17,597 nt of DNA from NCBI GenBank assembly GCA_018650165.1, contig JABIGM010000008.1:1-17597 (forward strand), given 5' to 3'. This DNA is from Methanobacteriota archaeon (GTDB lineage Archaea > Thermoplasmatota > Poseidoniia > Poseidoniales > Poseidoniaceae). This document shows, in pieces, positions 7,632 through 15,763 of this stretch. A program made the position numbers and the translations under genes. The notes below the pieces were generated by a model that worked only from the letters and a program-made list of their open reading frames with translations, ran no database searches and was not told the origin of the DNA. How positions within the stretch are numbered: position 1 is the stretch's first letter; each line of letters starts with the position of its first letter.

Positions 7632-8456
7632 TCACTCGATGTCATCAAGTACAGCTGCTTGCATTTCAGATAATTGTGCAAGCCCCTGCCTCGACATGTC
7701 AAGCAAGGCTTGAAGTTCATCATATGAGAAAGTAGATTCCTCTCCAGTACCTTGAACTTCGACAAATCTACCATCGGAAGTACCAACAACATTCATGTCC
7801 ACATCAGCATTTGAATCTAGGATATAATCCAAGTCGAGGAATACATCATCACCAAGTAGTCCAACCGAAATTGCAGATAGGTCGTGTGGAATTACCTTAT
7901 TTTCGTGGTTTCGTGCTTCGGTTTCTGATAGTTGAGGGGCCGTCCAACCATTGTCCCGTTCTTCACGAGAAGGACGTAGGTCTATTGGCAAACAATCTCC
8001 GCTAGCAATCAGTCTTCGAACCGCTAGTCTTAGAGCGATATTTGCAGCAGTAATAGATGCGCAGCGGGTTCCGCCATCTGCGTTTAGAACATCACAATCT
8101 ACTGTTAGTGCAATTGGACCCAATGCTTCGAGATCTATCGCACCTCTTAGAGAGCGAGCAACCAGCCTTTCAATTTCTTGAGTACGGCCCTTTGCTCCTC
8201 TTCTCTCTCGGCGGAATCGGGAATCAGTGGAACCAGGAAGAAGTGAATATTCTGCGTGAACCCATCCCTTGGTGGCATCTCGAGGGAACCATCCAGGTAG
8301 TCTTGCTTCTTTGGTTACACAACATAGAATGTGAGTATTGCCTTGACGGTATAGGATACTCGCAAGGGCATTAGGGGTGAAATCAATTTCAACCTCGATA
8401 TTTCTCATTTCATCTTTAGGACGGTCGGTCTCAATGCCGGTCTTGAACTTGGCCAT
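7632..8456 (-). CDS. rph: Ribonuclease PH (bacterial-type tRNA nucleotidyltransferase / phosphorolytic exoribonuclease)
   Basis: QGNT.ILCCVT, GWVHAEYSLLPGST, GRTQEIERLVARSLRG, DCDVLNADGGTRCASIT, LDLDY.LDS.ADVDMNVV and FVEVQGTGE..TFS motifs. Start at 8456 or 8474. Confidence 0.93.
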   Translation of the reverse strand: MAKFKTGIETDRPKDEMRNIEVEIDFTPNALASILYRQGNTHILCCVTKEARLPGWFPRDATKGWVHAEYSLLPGSTDSRFRRERRGAKGRTQEIERLVARSLRGAIDLEALGPIALTVDCDVLNADGGTRCASITAANIALRLAVRRLIASGDCLPIDLRPSREERDNGWTAPQLSETEARNHENKVIPHDLSAISVGLLGDDVFLDLDYILDSNADVDMNVVGTSDGRFVEVQGTGEESTFSYDELQALLDMSRQGLAQLSEMQAAVLDDIE

Positions 8457-8504
8457 GCATCGGCGAGCAACCACTACTCAAGAACACTTCCCTCCGCGCG
8501 CAGG

Positions 8505-8510
8505 TTGAAG
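8505..8510 (+). promoter_or_regulatory. Putative TATA-equivalent box TTGAAG for the thiolase gene
   Basis: TTGAAG begins 29 nt upstream of the ATG at 8534. There is no canonical TTTAWA box in the 77-bp divergent intergenic region. Confidence 0.55.
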
Positions 8511-8533
8511 AATCAAGCCACATTGGGCTGTTC

Positions 8534-9679
8534 ATGCCAAGAGTAGTTATCTGCGGTGTTGCAAGAACTCCAATCGGTAAATTCCGCGGCAGCCTCTCTA
8601 ATTTGAGTGCGGTCCAGTTAGGCATCCGTGCTGTTAAAGAATTGCTGAATCGATGTAATATCGATGCATCGAGCGGTATAATTGACGAGGTTCTCTTTGG
8701 TCAAGTCCTACAAGCAGGAGCGGGACAAGCACCTGCTCGTCAAGTTGCTTTAGGGGCTGGACTTCCTAATTCCACAGCAGCTACTACAATCAACAAAGTC
8801 TGCGGCTCTTCTCTGAAAGCGGCAATGATGGCTGCAAATAGTATCAAGGCTGGAGAATACAAGGCCATTATTGCTGGTGGAATGGAGAGCATGACAAATG
8901 CCCCTAAGTTCGAGAAGCGCAATGGCGAGGAAAAAGAAATGGTATCTACTATGGTTCATGATGGACTATGGGATGTATACAACGATGTTCACATGGGCAA
9001 CACTGGAGAAATTGTAGCAAAGGAATGTAATATTTCACGAGAGAAGATGGATGCTTTTGCTGCACGTTCACAAAACAAAGCGGCCGAGGCTGAAGCAAAT
9101 GGCTGGTTTGCTTGGGAAAGATTCGACATGCCTGAATTGTCAACCGATGAAGGCGTACGTGCAGGAACTACTGCAGAGAAACTTGCAGGGCTAAAGCCAG
9201 TCTTCCAAGACGATGGGATGGTAACTGCTGGAAATGCATCCACTCTCAATGATGGTGCATCGGCCATATTGGTTGCTGACGAAGATTTCGCTAAGGCAAA
9301 TGGTTGGGAGATTATTGCAATAATCGAGGACTACTGCACAGCAGGGGTTGAGCCAAGCCGTGTAATGTATGCGCCAGTTCCAGCGATCAAGATGTTACTA
9401 GAAAGAGCCAACATGGATGTTATGGATATCGATATTTATGAGCACAATGAAGCCTTTGCAAGCGCATCTTGTGCAGTTGCTCAAGATGTAGGAATACCAG
9501 ATGACAGATTCAATCTTCATGGCGGAGCAGTCGCTTTAGGACATCCTCTAGGAAGCAGTGGAACTCGCTGTCTAATCACAATGATTGGAATAATGCGCAG
9601 ACTTGAGGCTAAGAGTGGAATCGTATCTCTTTGTCTAGGCGGCGGAAATGCAGTAGCAATGCGTGTTTCATTAAACTGA
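8534..9679 (+). CDS. Acetyl-CoA C-acetyltransferase (thiolase)
   Basis: RTPIG, INKVCGSS (catalytic Cys), GGMESM, VTAGNAS.LNDGA, NEAFA, GGAVALGHPLG.SG (catalytic His) and SLCLGGG (second Cys) are all intact. Confidence 0.97.
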   Translation: MPRVVICGVARTPIGKFRGSLSNLSAVQLGIRAVKELLNRCNIDASSGIIDEVLFGQVLQAGAGQAPARQVALGAGLPNSTAATTINKVCGSSLKAAMMAANSIKAGEYKAIIAGGMESMTNAPKFEKRNGEEKEMVSTMVHDGLWDVYNDVHMGNTGEIVAKECNISREKMDAFAARSQNKAAEAEANGWFAWERFDMPELSTDEGVRAGTTAEKLAGLKPVFQDDGMVTAGNASTLNDGASAILVADEDFAKANGWEIIAIIEDYCTAGVEPSRVMYAPVPAIKMLLERANMDVMDIDIYEHNEAFASASCAVAQDVGIPDDRFNLHGGAVALGHPLGSSGTRCLITMIGIMRRLEAKSGIVSLCLGGGNAVAMRVSLN

Positions 9680-10543
9680 GTTTGATTTCCAATCTCCTGA
9701 TTGGATTTGAGAATATGATTCCACGGGCCGTGCATAGTGGTATACATAGGCCCATACCTTTCCTTTTTCAGTATCGATTTCTTGAATTGTTCTATCGAAT
9801 AGCGGGTCATTTCCACCGCAACCTTCTATCCAATCTAATCGTTGAATCAATTCAAACATATCACTTGCTTTGTACACCTCCCCGTGAACAATTCCCTCTC
9901 CATGGGCCATTCCGGGATAATCTCCAATGTCGTAAAGTAGACCTTTTGCTGAACCTTGACAATAAAAATTGCTTCCATCTTTCATTTCCCGTTCTCTGAT
10001 CATTCCTTTCATCAGAGTTCCGTAGACAAATACGTAGTCAAATCTTGGAGATTGTGTCAACCTTAAGCCTGAATCAAGCCAGGTAGTCGGTAACTCTAAT
10101 CTAGTCAATCCATTGCGAATCAATTCGATATAATCATCTGTTGGAGTATGAAATTCTGTTTCTTCGGATTCGTGAATGTATGTGTAAGCGAGATGGCTTT
10201 TTCCATCGGTTGTATGAACTATTTTGGATACACGACGGTAATTATCGGGGTGCCCTTCTTTTCGGTCGAGTGCATCTCTTGTATATTCATCAATTTCAAA
10301 CAGAGCGCCAGGGGTTGCTGCCATGCCAGGAGCAACCCAACATAGGTTAGCAGCACCTGCTTTTCTAGAACTAGAATAGTAATTGAAATCTAGAATGAAA
10401 CCGTCTATCCAAGCAGGACCAATTTCTTTCAAACCCTCTGGATTGTATCCTTTTAGATTGCACCATCTAGTCCAATCACCTTTGTCTAGATTGGAGCCAT
10501 AACCAAAGTAAAGCATACGATCCGAATCGCTTTTCTTGTGCAT
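9671..10543 (-). CDS. Tandem two-domain gamma-glutamylcyclotransferase (AIG2/GGCT-like + GGACT-like)
   Basis: N-domain YFGYGSNL...G.LFEI...LDRKEG..Y.R; C-domain VFVYGTLMKG...YPGM...GEVY...LDWIEG. It overlaps the thiolase stop by 9 bp (convergent). Confidence 0.88.
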   Translation of the reverse strand: MHKKSDSDRMLYFGYGSNLDKGDWTRWCNLKGYNPEGLKEIGPAWIDGFILDFNYYSSSRKAGAANLCWVAPGMAATPGALFEIDEYTRDALDRKEGHPDNYRRVSKIVHTTDGKSHLAYTYIHESEETEFHTPTDDYIELIRNGLTRLELPTTWLDSGLRLTQSPRFDYVFVYGTLMKGMIREREMKDGSNFYCQGSAKGLLYDIGDYPGMAHGEGIVHGEVYKASDMFELIQRLDWIEGCGGNDPLFDRTIQEIDTEKGKVWAYVYHYARPVESYSQIQSGDWKSNSV

Positions 10544-10566
10544 ATGGTAAAGTTCATCTGATTACT

Positions 10567-10572
10567 AATAAA
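10567..10572 (-). promoter_or_regulatory. Canonical-type TATA box TTTATT for the GGCT gene
   Basis: TTTATT begins 29 nt upstream of the ATG at 10543, the same spacing as the TTGAAG boxes. Confidence 0.5.
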
Positions 10573-10587
10573 CCCTTAGATTTCAAC

Positions 10588-11541
10588 TCACTTTCTTCTT
10601 CGCATTACGATGAATAATATGAAAAGAAGGATTACTCCTGCCCCGCTTCCACCATAAACCAATAATGCATTATCTGATGCACCTGAAAGATATTTGTCAG
10701 ATTCACTTGCTTCTGCAAAGACGGTAATAGTAGTAGATACAGTTTCACTATTGCAGTTGCCTTCATTGTTACAACTGAATTCGCTTGTAGCGACGAAATC
10801 TAATTTGAAAGTCATTTCATGCTCGCCTTCAGAATTGATTGGCCAATCTTCGTAACCAGTAGGTGTTCTCATTGTCACACGAACTTTCGTAGGCGATGCT
10901 ATAGAATCAATTTCAACTTTGACAAGGGGTATGCTGATCGAAAAACCCGCATCCTCCAGAACATTTCGAGAATTTTCAGTCAATCCAACCAAAAATCGAT
11001 CAGCAGCATTCCCTTGATTATATACCTTAAATTCGAGGTTATAATCTACCTTTGTTTTCAAAGTTATCAATGAATCAACAACTTCTACTTGTAATCCGGA
11101 GTATTGCATGATAGTTGCTATCAATGAGACCTCTTCTTCTGCTAAATTTGGAGGGGGCATGCCCATCATTTCAGTGACAGTTGCTTTGACAACTACATTT
11201 CTAGATGATGCAGACATTCTTTCTTCGGCTTTTACGGTCACAAAGAACTCTTCTTCTCCATTCGGGCCAAGTGTAATTGAACCAGGATAAGATGATAACA
11301 AGCCATCTGATTGTACTTCGATTTCGATCTTTTCCTGATAGGAGTTGGGATTGCTAACAGTACATACTGCTTGACCAGTCAAAGTAGCTCCGGGGTATAC
11401 CTCGATTTCAACAACTCCGGAAGGGTCAACAGATGAACATTCCAAGTTTACAGCAGCGACTCCTATTTGTGCTTCAGCATGAGGGAGAGGCAGATATGAG
11501 AGACTGAAAATTAGAATTAAAACAGCCACCTTTAGTCTCAT
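10588..11541 (-). CDS. Secreted, C-terminally anchored surface protein (resembles the choice-of-anchor T family of Poseidoniales)
   Basis: N-terminal signal peptide ending in AEA. Beta-rich Ig-like body with VNLEC...IEVYPG...CTVSNP...EKIEI. C-terminal TM helix followed by MRRRK. The family name is from recall and has not been verified by HMM. Confidence 0.6.
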   Translation of the reverse strand: MRLKVAVLILIFSLSYLPLPHAEAQIGVAAVNLECSSVDPSGVVEIEVYPGATLTGQAVCTVSNPNSYQEKIEIEVQSDGLLSSYPGSITLGPNGEEEFFVTVKAEERMSASSRNVVVKATVTEMMGMPPPNLAEEEVSLIATIMQYSGLQVEVVDSLITLKTKVDYNLEFKVYNQGNAADRFLVGLTENSRNVLEDAGFSISIPLVKVEIDSIASPTKVRVTMRTPTGYEDWPINSEGEHEMTFKLDFVATSEFSCNNEGNCNSETVSTTITVFAEASESDKYLSGASDNALLVYGGSGAGVILLFILFIVMRRRK

Positions 11542-11566
11542 ACGATACGTGGACTATTTGGTCGGT

Positions 11567-11572
11567 ATTCAA
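11567..11572 (-). promoter_or_regulatory. Putative TTGAAT box for the surface-protein gene
   Basis: AAATATTGAATA context, nearly identical to the AAATATTGAAGG of the M32 gene; TTGAAT begins 31 nt upstream of the ATG at 11541. Confidence 0.5.
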
Positions 11573-11591
11573 TATTTCCCGGTATTACAAA

Positions 11592-12206
11592 TCATTTCTT
11601 CAATAGATGTAATCTTACTACGTGTGCAGTGCCTCGGTGTAAGTCCGATTCATCTAATTCTACAGTTTCAACTTTAGCATGGATTATTGTGAAACCTTCA
11701 CTAATTATTTCCATCACTTCATCAAGGTCCCAGAGTAAATCTAGGTTCTTAGGACCACCGCTTGTCATTTCCATTTGGCTGGTATGGTAGCCTTCACAGA
11801 TGAATTCGCCACCTGGTTTCAGTGAAGAAAGCATACGAGGGTAGTGTTCACAAAACAAAGTCCAAGGAACATGGAACCAAGAGCATGCGATCAAATCGTA
11901 GGCTCCATTTGGGAAATTGCGTGTAGCCAAATCGTCCACTTCATAGTGAACTTCTACACCTCTTTCAGCAGCCAGCAATGCGCATTTGTCGCGTCCAACA
12001 CTAGAGAGGTCGAACACTGTAGTATCATATCCTTGAGATGCAATCCAAACCGCATTCCTTCCCTCTCCATCAGCAGGAACAAGTGCCTTTCCTGAACCGG
12101 GTTTAATGCTCATAGAAAGCCAAGCATTGGGCTCTTTTCCATAAGCCCACCCCTCGCCAGAAAAACGAGCATCCCATGCCTCTGCACCGAATTTTACATT
12201 ACTCAT
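11592..12206 (-). CDS. Class I SAM-dependent methyltransferase (TehB/Methyltransf-like)
   Basis: W.ARF....WAYG.EPN, ALVPADGEGRNAVWIA.QGY (motif I variant), FDLSSVG..K, YDLIA and LKPGG motifs. Start at 12206 or 12212, overlapping the rqcH stop. Confidence 0.88.
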   Translation of the reverse strand: MSNVKFGAEAWDARFSGEGWAYGKEPNAWLSMSIKPGSGKALVPADGEGRNAVWIASQGYDTTVFDLSSVGRDKCALLAAERGVEVHYEVDDLATRNFPNGAYDLIACSWFHVPWTLFCEHYPRMLSSLKPGGEFICEGYHTSQMEMTSGGPKNLDLLWDLDEVMEIISEGFTIIHAKVETVELDESDLHRGTAHVVRLHLLKK

Positions 12207-14271
12207 CTTCATCGACCTTTTTGAATTTAATAAGACCCATATCTGCAATGACTTCACAGTTACCTGGAAGTATCGGAAGGATGTCATCGACCGACAAGCC
12301 TGTCGATTTATAGATTCTATTTGCGAGAGTTTCTTTCTTTTCTCTACCTGGTGTAATTACAATATAACGATTACAAATCGATGCAATATGTTCGGGAGTA
12401 GATGCCATCAACAGAGGGATTCCATTGATTGCAATCAAACCTACTCCTAGACGCAAATCTATGTCTTTGTACCAAGTTCTTTTGCCTCTAATTACGAATG
12501 CACCCTTGCCAACATACTCTCCGGTCACAGCAGATTTTGAAACTTGACCCGGCTTAACCCAAAATACAGTTCCATGCGCACCTCCACTATTCCATGCTCT
12601 ACTCCAAGCCAAAGCTAGTGTTGCCGCAATTTCAGTGGTTTCATCATCAAGTTCTGCCTCAACCTTGTCAACCAATCTGTATGCAGGAATATCAGCGGTT
12701 ATGTGTGTAGGAGGATGTTCATCTACCACAAATCCCTGATTATTTCGTAGTGAGCATGAAGGGGCACCATGGAGGTCAGCATGGAGGTAACGATCTCCAA
12801 GAGACATGTGCTTTTTAACAACTGAATCATTACCCTTAGCATCACGTCCTCCAACCATCAAATGGCCACTCGGTAGCATAGTCCATTTGTGATTTTCAAA
12901 CCACAAACGTTTAGCCCTTTTAATTTTGGAAATTTGGCCGCTAGCCTCTCGTTTTGTTTGTTTTTTCTGAGCCCTAGATAGTTCTAGTCTCGTGTCTTCA
13001 AGTGCTTGGACTGCACCTGAAGACTTGTCTTTTTGTTTGCGGCCAATTTCGAAATATCGTTGAGCGTTTTGGTGGACAGTTTCACCGAGATGTAGCGTGA
13101 TTTGTTTGCTAGGTTTACCTTCTTCATCAGGTAAGAACGCCATGAAACTACTTTCTGCGGCATTAACTGATTGAATCCACTCAATCTCCTTGGCTGCTTT
13201 CTTTACCCCGTCCCATCCCAGAGTTTCGACCGCTTCTTTCATCTGAGCGAGTAATTGTTCAACATGAGTCCAATTCTCTTGAATTAAATGTCCGATAGCC
13301 TGTTGTTTCTCGACTTTATCGCCGAAACCTTCCAATGCCTTTTCTTGCTGTGCTAGACGTCTTTCTAAGCGCTCTACATCGGTTGAATATCCTCTTCCAG
13401 GCGATGCCACATCAAGTGCTTCAGCCTCTCTGCGTGCTAAAGCATGAGCGTCATGAAGACCCATCCACTCATCAACGGCTTCACTCATAGTAGCGAAATC
13501 TTTCCGCTCCCTATCTTTTAGAGTTGAAAGAACCAATGGCCATGCTTGGTCAAATCCACCGTCTTTTAGGAAGAGGTGGCCTTTCCAATCACCTTGCAGT
13601 AGGGCTTGTAATGAATCCCAAATTTTTTGTAAATCGGTATCTTTGACTTCTGATTCAGCATCGTGTTCAGCATCCAAACATACTGCAGTAGCAAGGGCTC
13701 CACCAAGGTTTAGGCCACCACCCAAAGTTCGGCCTAATTTTCTGTCACTGTCATTCATCAATTCACAAAATGAATCAAAATCCAGGTCATAGGGGTTGGT
13801 TGCTGCTGGTGGTGGAGTGTAGACAATACCCTTCTTGAGAACTCTATCTGCATATGATTTGTGAGTTAACGGTTGGATGATTACATCATTCTCATCGGTC
13901 AAAATGATATTACCATCTCTAAACACTTCAACATAGATGTGGAGCATGCCATGCCCTTTTTCGAAAATGAACTTTAGGACACGATCAAATCCAATTTGTT
14001 CAATCACTTTGAGGCGAGCATTTGACAATGATTTTCTCAGTACCATGGCAAATGGCGCAGGACTTTGGGGCATGGGGCGGTCTCTTTTACTGGTGTAAAT
14101 ACGCTTTCCACGAACCAAAACCAAATCGGTATTTCCACCTTCTTTAGTTCTTAATCGTAGCACGACCTGTTCGTAATGTGGCTGGTAACACTTCCTGCAA
14201 TGAGCTCCGACCATTGCTTGCAATTCGCTAGTAATAGCGCGCAAGTCAAGTCCGCTCATCACATCCTTCAT
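12199..14271 (-). CDS. rqcH: Ribosome quality control protein Rqc2/RqcH (NFACT family, archaeal type)
   Basis: N-terminal MS.LDL.A...EL, FAM.LRK.L...L..IEQ.GFDRV, EVF..GNIIL, coiled coil with QNAQRYFE..K...K..GA, NFACT-R W(F)E..KW, GGRDA..N...VKK, HADLHGAPS, V.K....GEY..KGAFVIRGKR. Start at 14271 overlaps the upstream stop as ATGA. Confidence 0.92.
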   Translation of the reverse strand: MKDVMSGLDLRAITSELQAMVGAHCRKCYQPHYEQVVLRLRTKEGGNTDLVLVRGKRIYTSKRDRPMPQSPAPFAMVLRKSLSNARLKVIEQIGFDRVLKFIFEKGHGMLHIYVEVFRDGNIILTDENDVIIQPLTHKSYADRVLKKGIVYTPPPAATNPYDLDFDSFCELMNDSDRKLGRTLGGGLNLGGALATAVCLDAEHDAESEVKDTDLQKIWDSLQALLQGDWKGHLFLKDGGFDQAWPLVLSTLKDRERKDFATMSEAVDEWMGLHDAHALARREAEALDVASPGRGYSTDVERLERRLAQQEKALEGFGDKVEKQQAIGHLIQENWTHVEQLLAQMKEAVETLGWDGVKKAAKEIEWIQSVNAAESSFMAFLPDEEGKPSKQITLHLGETVHQNAQRYFEIGRKQKDKSSGAVQALEDTRLELSRAQKKQTKREASGQISKIKRAKRLWFENHKWTMLPSGHLMVGGRDAKGNDSVVKKHMSLGDRYLHADLHGAPSCSLRNNQGFVVDEHPPTHITADIPAYRLVDKVEAELDDETTEIAATLALAWSRAWNSGGAHGTVFWVKPGQVSKSAVTGEYVGKGAFVIRGKRTWYKDIDLRLGVGLIAINGIPLLMASTPEHIASICNRYIVITPGREKKETLANRIYKSTGLSVDDILPILPGNCEVIADMGLIKFKKVDEDE

Positions 14272-15734
14272 GCCCGCACCCAACCACCGTCAGTGCTTCT
14301 TACATTTCCATCCTTCTCATGAGAGAGTAGGTGAGATAATGTCTGGTCAATCGCTAGACTGGGGTGTGCATCAGGGGTATCTTCGTATGCAACTTTGGCA
14401 ATTTCTTCTAATTTAGAGTGGCCTTGTTCAACGGCAGCTAATACTTTGTCATGACGGATTGAACGGTGGCGAATGTAATGTTCTAATGTTCTGTGTGGTA
14501 ATGGAATCACAGGGCCATGTGAAGGGAATAAAAGGTGTGGGTCGAGGCCTAAGAGGCGCTCGAGTTGCTCGATGTAAGTCATCATGTCGCCTTGATGAGG
14601 TGGAATCAAAATCGTTCCAATTCCAGCGACCATATCTCCAGCAACCAATCCCGAATCTGAAAGTAAGCACAAGTGCTCAGGATGGTGGCCAGGAGTGTGA
14701 AGTACGGTCCATTCTTGGTTTCCTAGAGTGAGTACATCTCCATCTTTTAGAATGCGGTCTGCTGTTGGTGAAGCAGACCAAATAGGGACATCAAATGCCT
14801 CTTTTAGCAACCCAACATCGGCCATATGGTCACTATGGCCATGAGTGTAGAATACGGCGACTAAATCCCCTTTGTGTCTTTCAACTGCTGCAGCAACATC
14901 TTCCATTCCTTCTCGATTTCTAAATGCAGGGTCTACGACAATGAATTCACCCTCAGGGTCTCCAATGAGATAGCAATTCGTGTGGTCAGCAGGAGGTAGA
15001 GTTGCAGTTTTCACTGGCACAACTTCGACTCCTTGTGCGAAAAGAATGGAGCGCCTTCCTGGCTTTCGCGACTCTAAATCAATGGCCACTTTTTCCATAT
15101 CCTGTTCCATTAACTCGAGGCACCGTTCGACTTCCATCAGTAAAGTTACGACAGGTGGAGCGACTTTGATAGCATTATTTTGCCAAGCCCCAATCAAATC
15201 ACTAGGGCGCATCCATCGAGCATCTTCAAATTCGGTTTGCCCCACTAAGGAGAACTCATCATGCTCTTTTGCGTGGATATGAAGGAACGTATTTTCAAAA
15301 CGCATTGGGCCAAAAGGAGGAGTAGTTCGCAAGGATACAATTCTCAATCCAGTAATGTCTGAAGGAATATCGCCGTCTAGTGCAAGAGGGAACCAGTTGG
15401 CTTTGTCATCAACCACCATTCCTCTGAAATCTTCATCGACAGTTACCAGTTTACCATTCAGAGGAGCCAGCCCCAACTCCTCTACAAGTTCACGTAGAAT
15501 CGCACAGTGGTGAATTGGAATCCCCATAATCTCACTCGCTGTAGTATCAACTCGTGACACACCACCGCCAGGGAACGCCCAGTATCCCGGGAATGCAGGC
15601 ATAGATTCACTGCGGTGTCCAAGAAGAACTTCGACACCTTCTGGACCATCTCGAGTAATCATCAAAGTAGCTGATGGGCGAGGTGGCCGGCGTTCAATAC
15701 CGGGCATCGACAGACCACTTGGGACCTCGCTCAT
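14268..15734 (-). CDS. NUDIX (NUDT19-like) plus LACTB2-like metallo-beta-lactamase fusion with a C-terminal winged-helix-like tail
   Basis: RPSATL, VLLGHRS..M..FPG.WAFPGG and RELVEELGL (Nudix box); TLPPA.HTNCYLIG, THGHSDH (HxHxDH), HTPGH..EH, GDMV and PSHG. Start at 15734 or 15752. Confidence 0.88.
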   Translation of the reverse strand: MSEVPSGLSMPGIERRPPRPSATLMITRDGPEGVEVLLGHRSESMPAFPGYWAFPGGGVSRVDTTASEIMGIPIHHCAILRELVEELGLAPLNGKLVTVDEDFRGMVVDDKANWFPLALDGDIPSDITGLRIVSLRTTPPFGPMRFENTFLHIHAKEHDEFSLVGQTEFEDARWMRPSDLIGAWQNNAIKVAPPVVTLLMEVERCLELMEQDMEKVAIDLESRKPGRRSILFAQGVEVVPVKTATLPPADHTNCYLIGDPEGEFIVVDPAFRNREGMEDVAAAVERHKGDLVAVFYTHGHSDHMADVGLLKEAFDVPIWSASPTADRILKDGDVLTLGNQEWTVLHTPGHHPEHLCLLSDSGLVAGDMVAGIGTILIPPHQGDMMTYIEQLERLLGLDPHLLFPSHGPVIPLPHRTLEHYIRHRSIRHDKVLAAVEQGHSKLEEIAKVAYEDTPDAHPSLAIDQTLSHLLSHEKDGNVRSTDGGWVRA

Positions 15735-15756
15735 GGGGGGGCCACCACACAAATGG

Positions 15757-15763
15757 TTTCAAG
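15757..15763. promoter_or_regulatory. Putative shared bidirectional box TTTCAAG / CTTGAAA
   Basis: In a 52-bp divergent gap, TTGAAA (minus) begins 28 nt before ATG 15734 and TTCAAG (plus) begins 29 nt before ATG 15787. Confidence 0.45.

Noticed and set aside
8534-9679. Thiolase GHPLGSSG (instead of GHPxGASG) and shortened loop regions
   Set aside because: All catalytic residues (Cys, His, Cys, NEAF) are intact; this looks like ordinary family variation.
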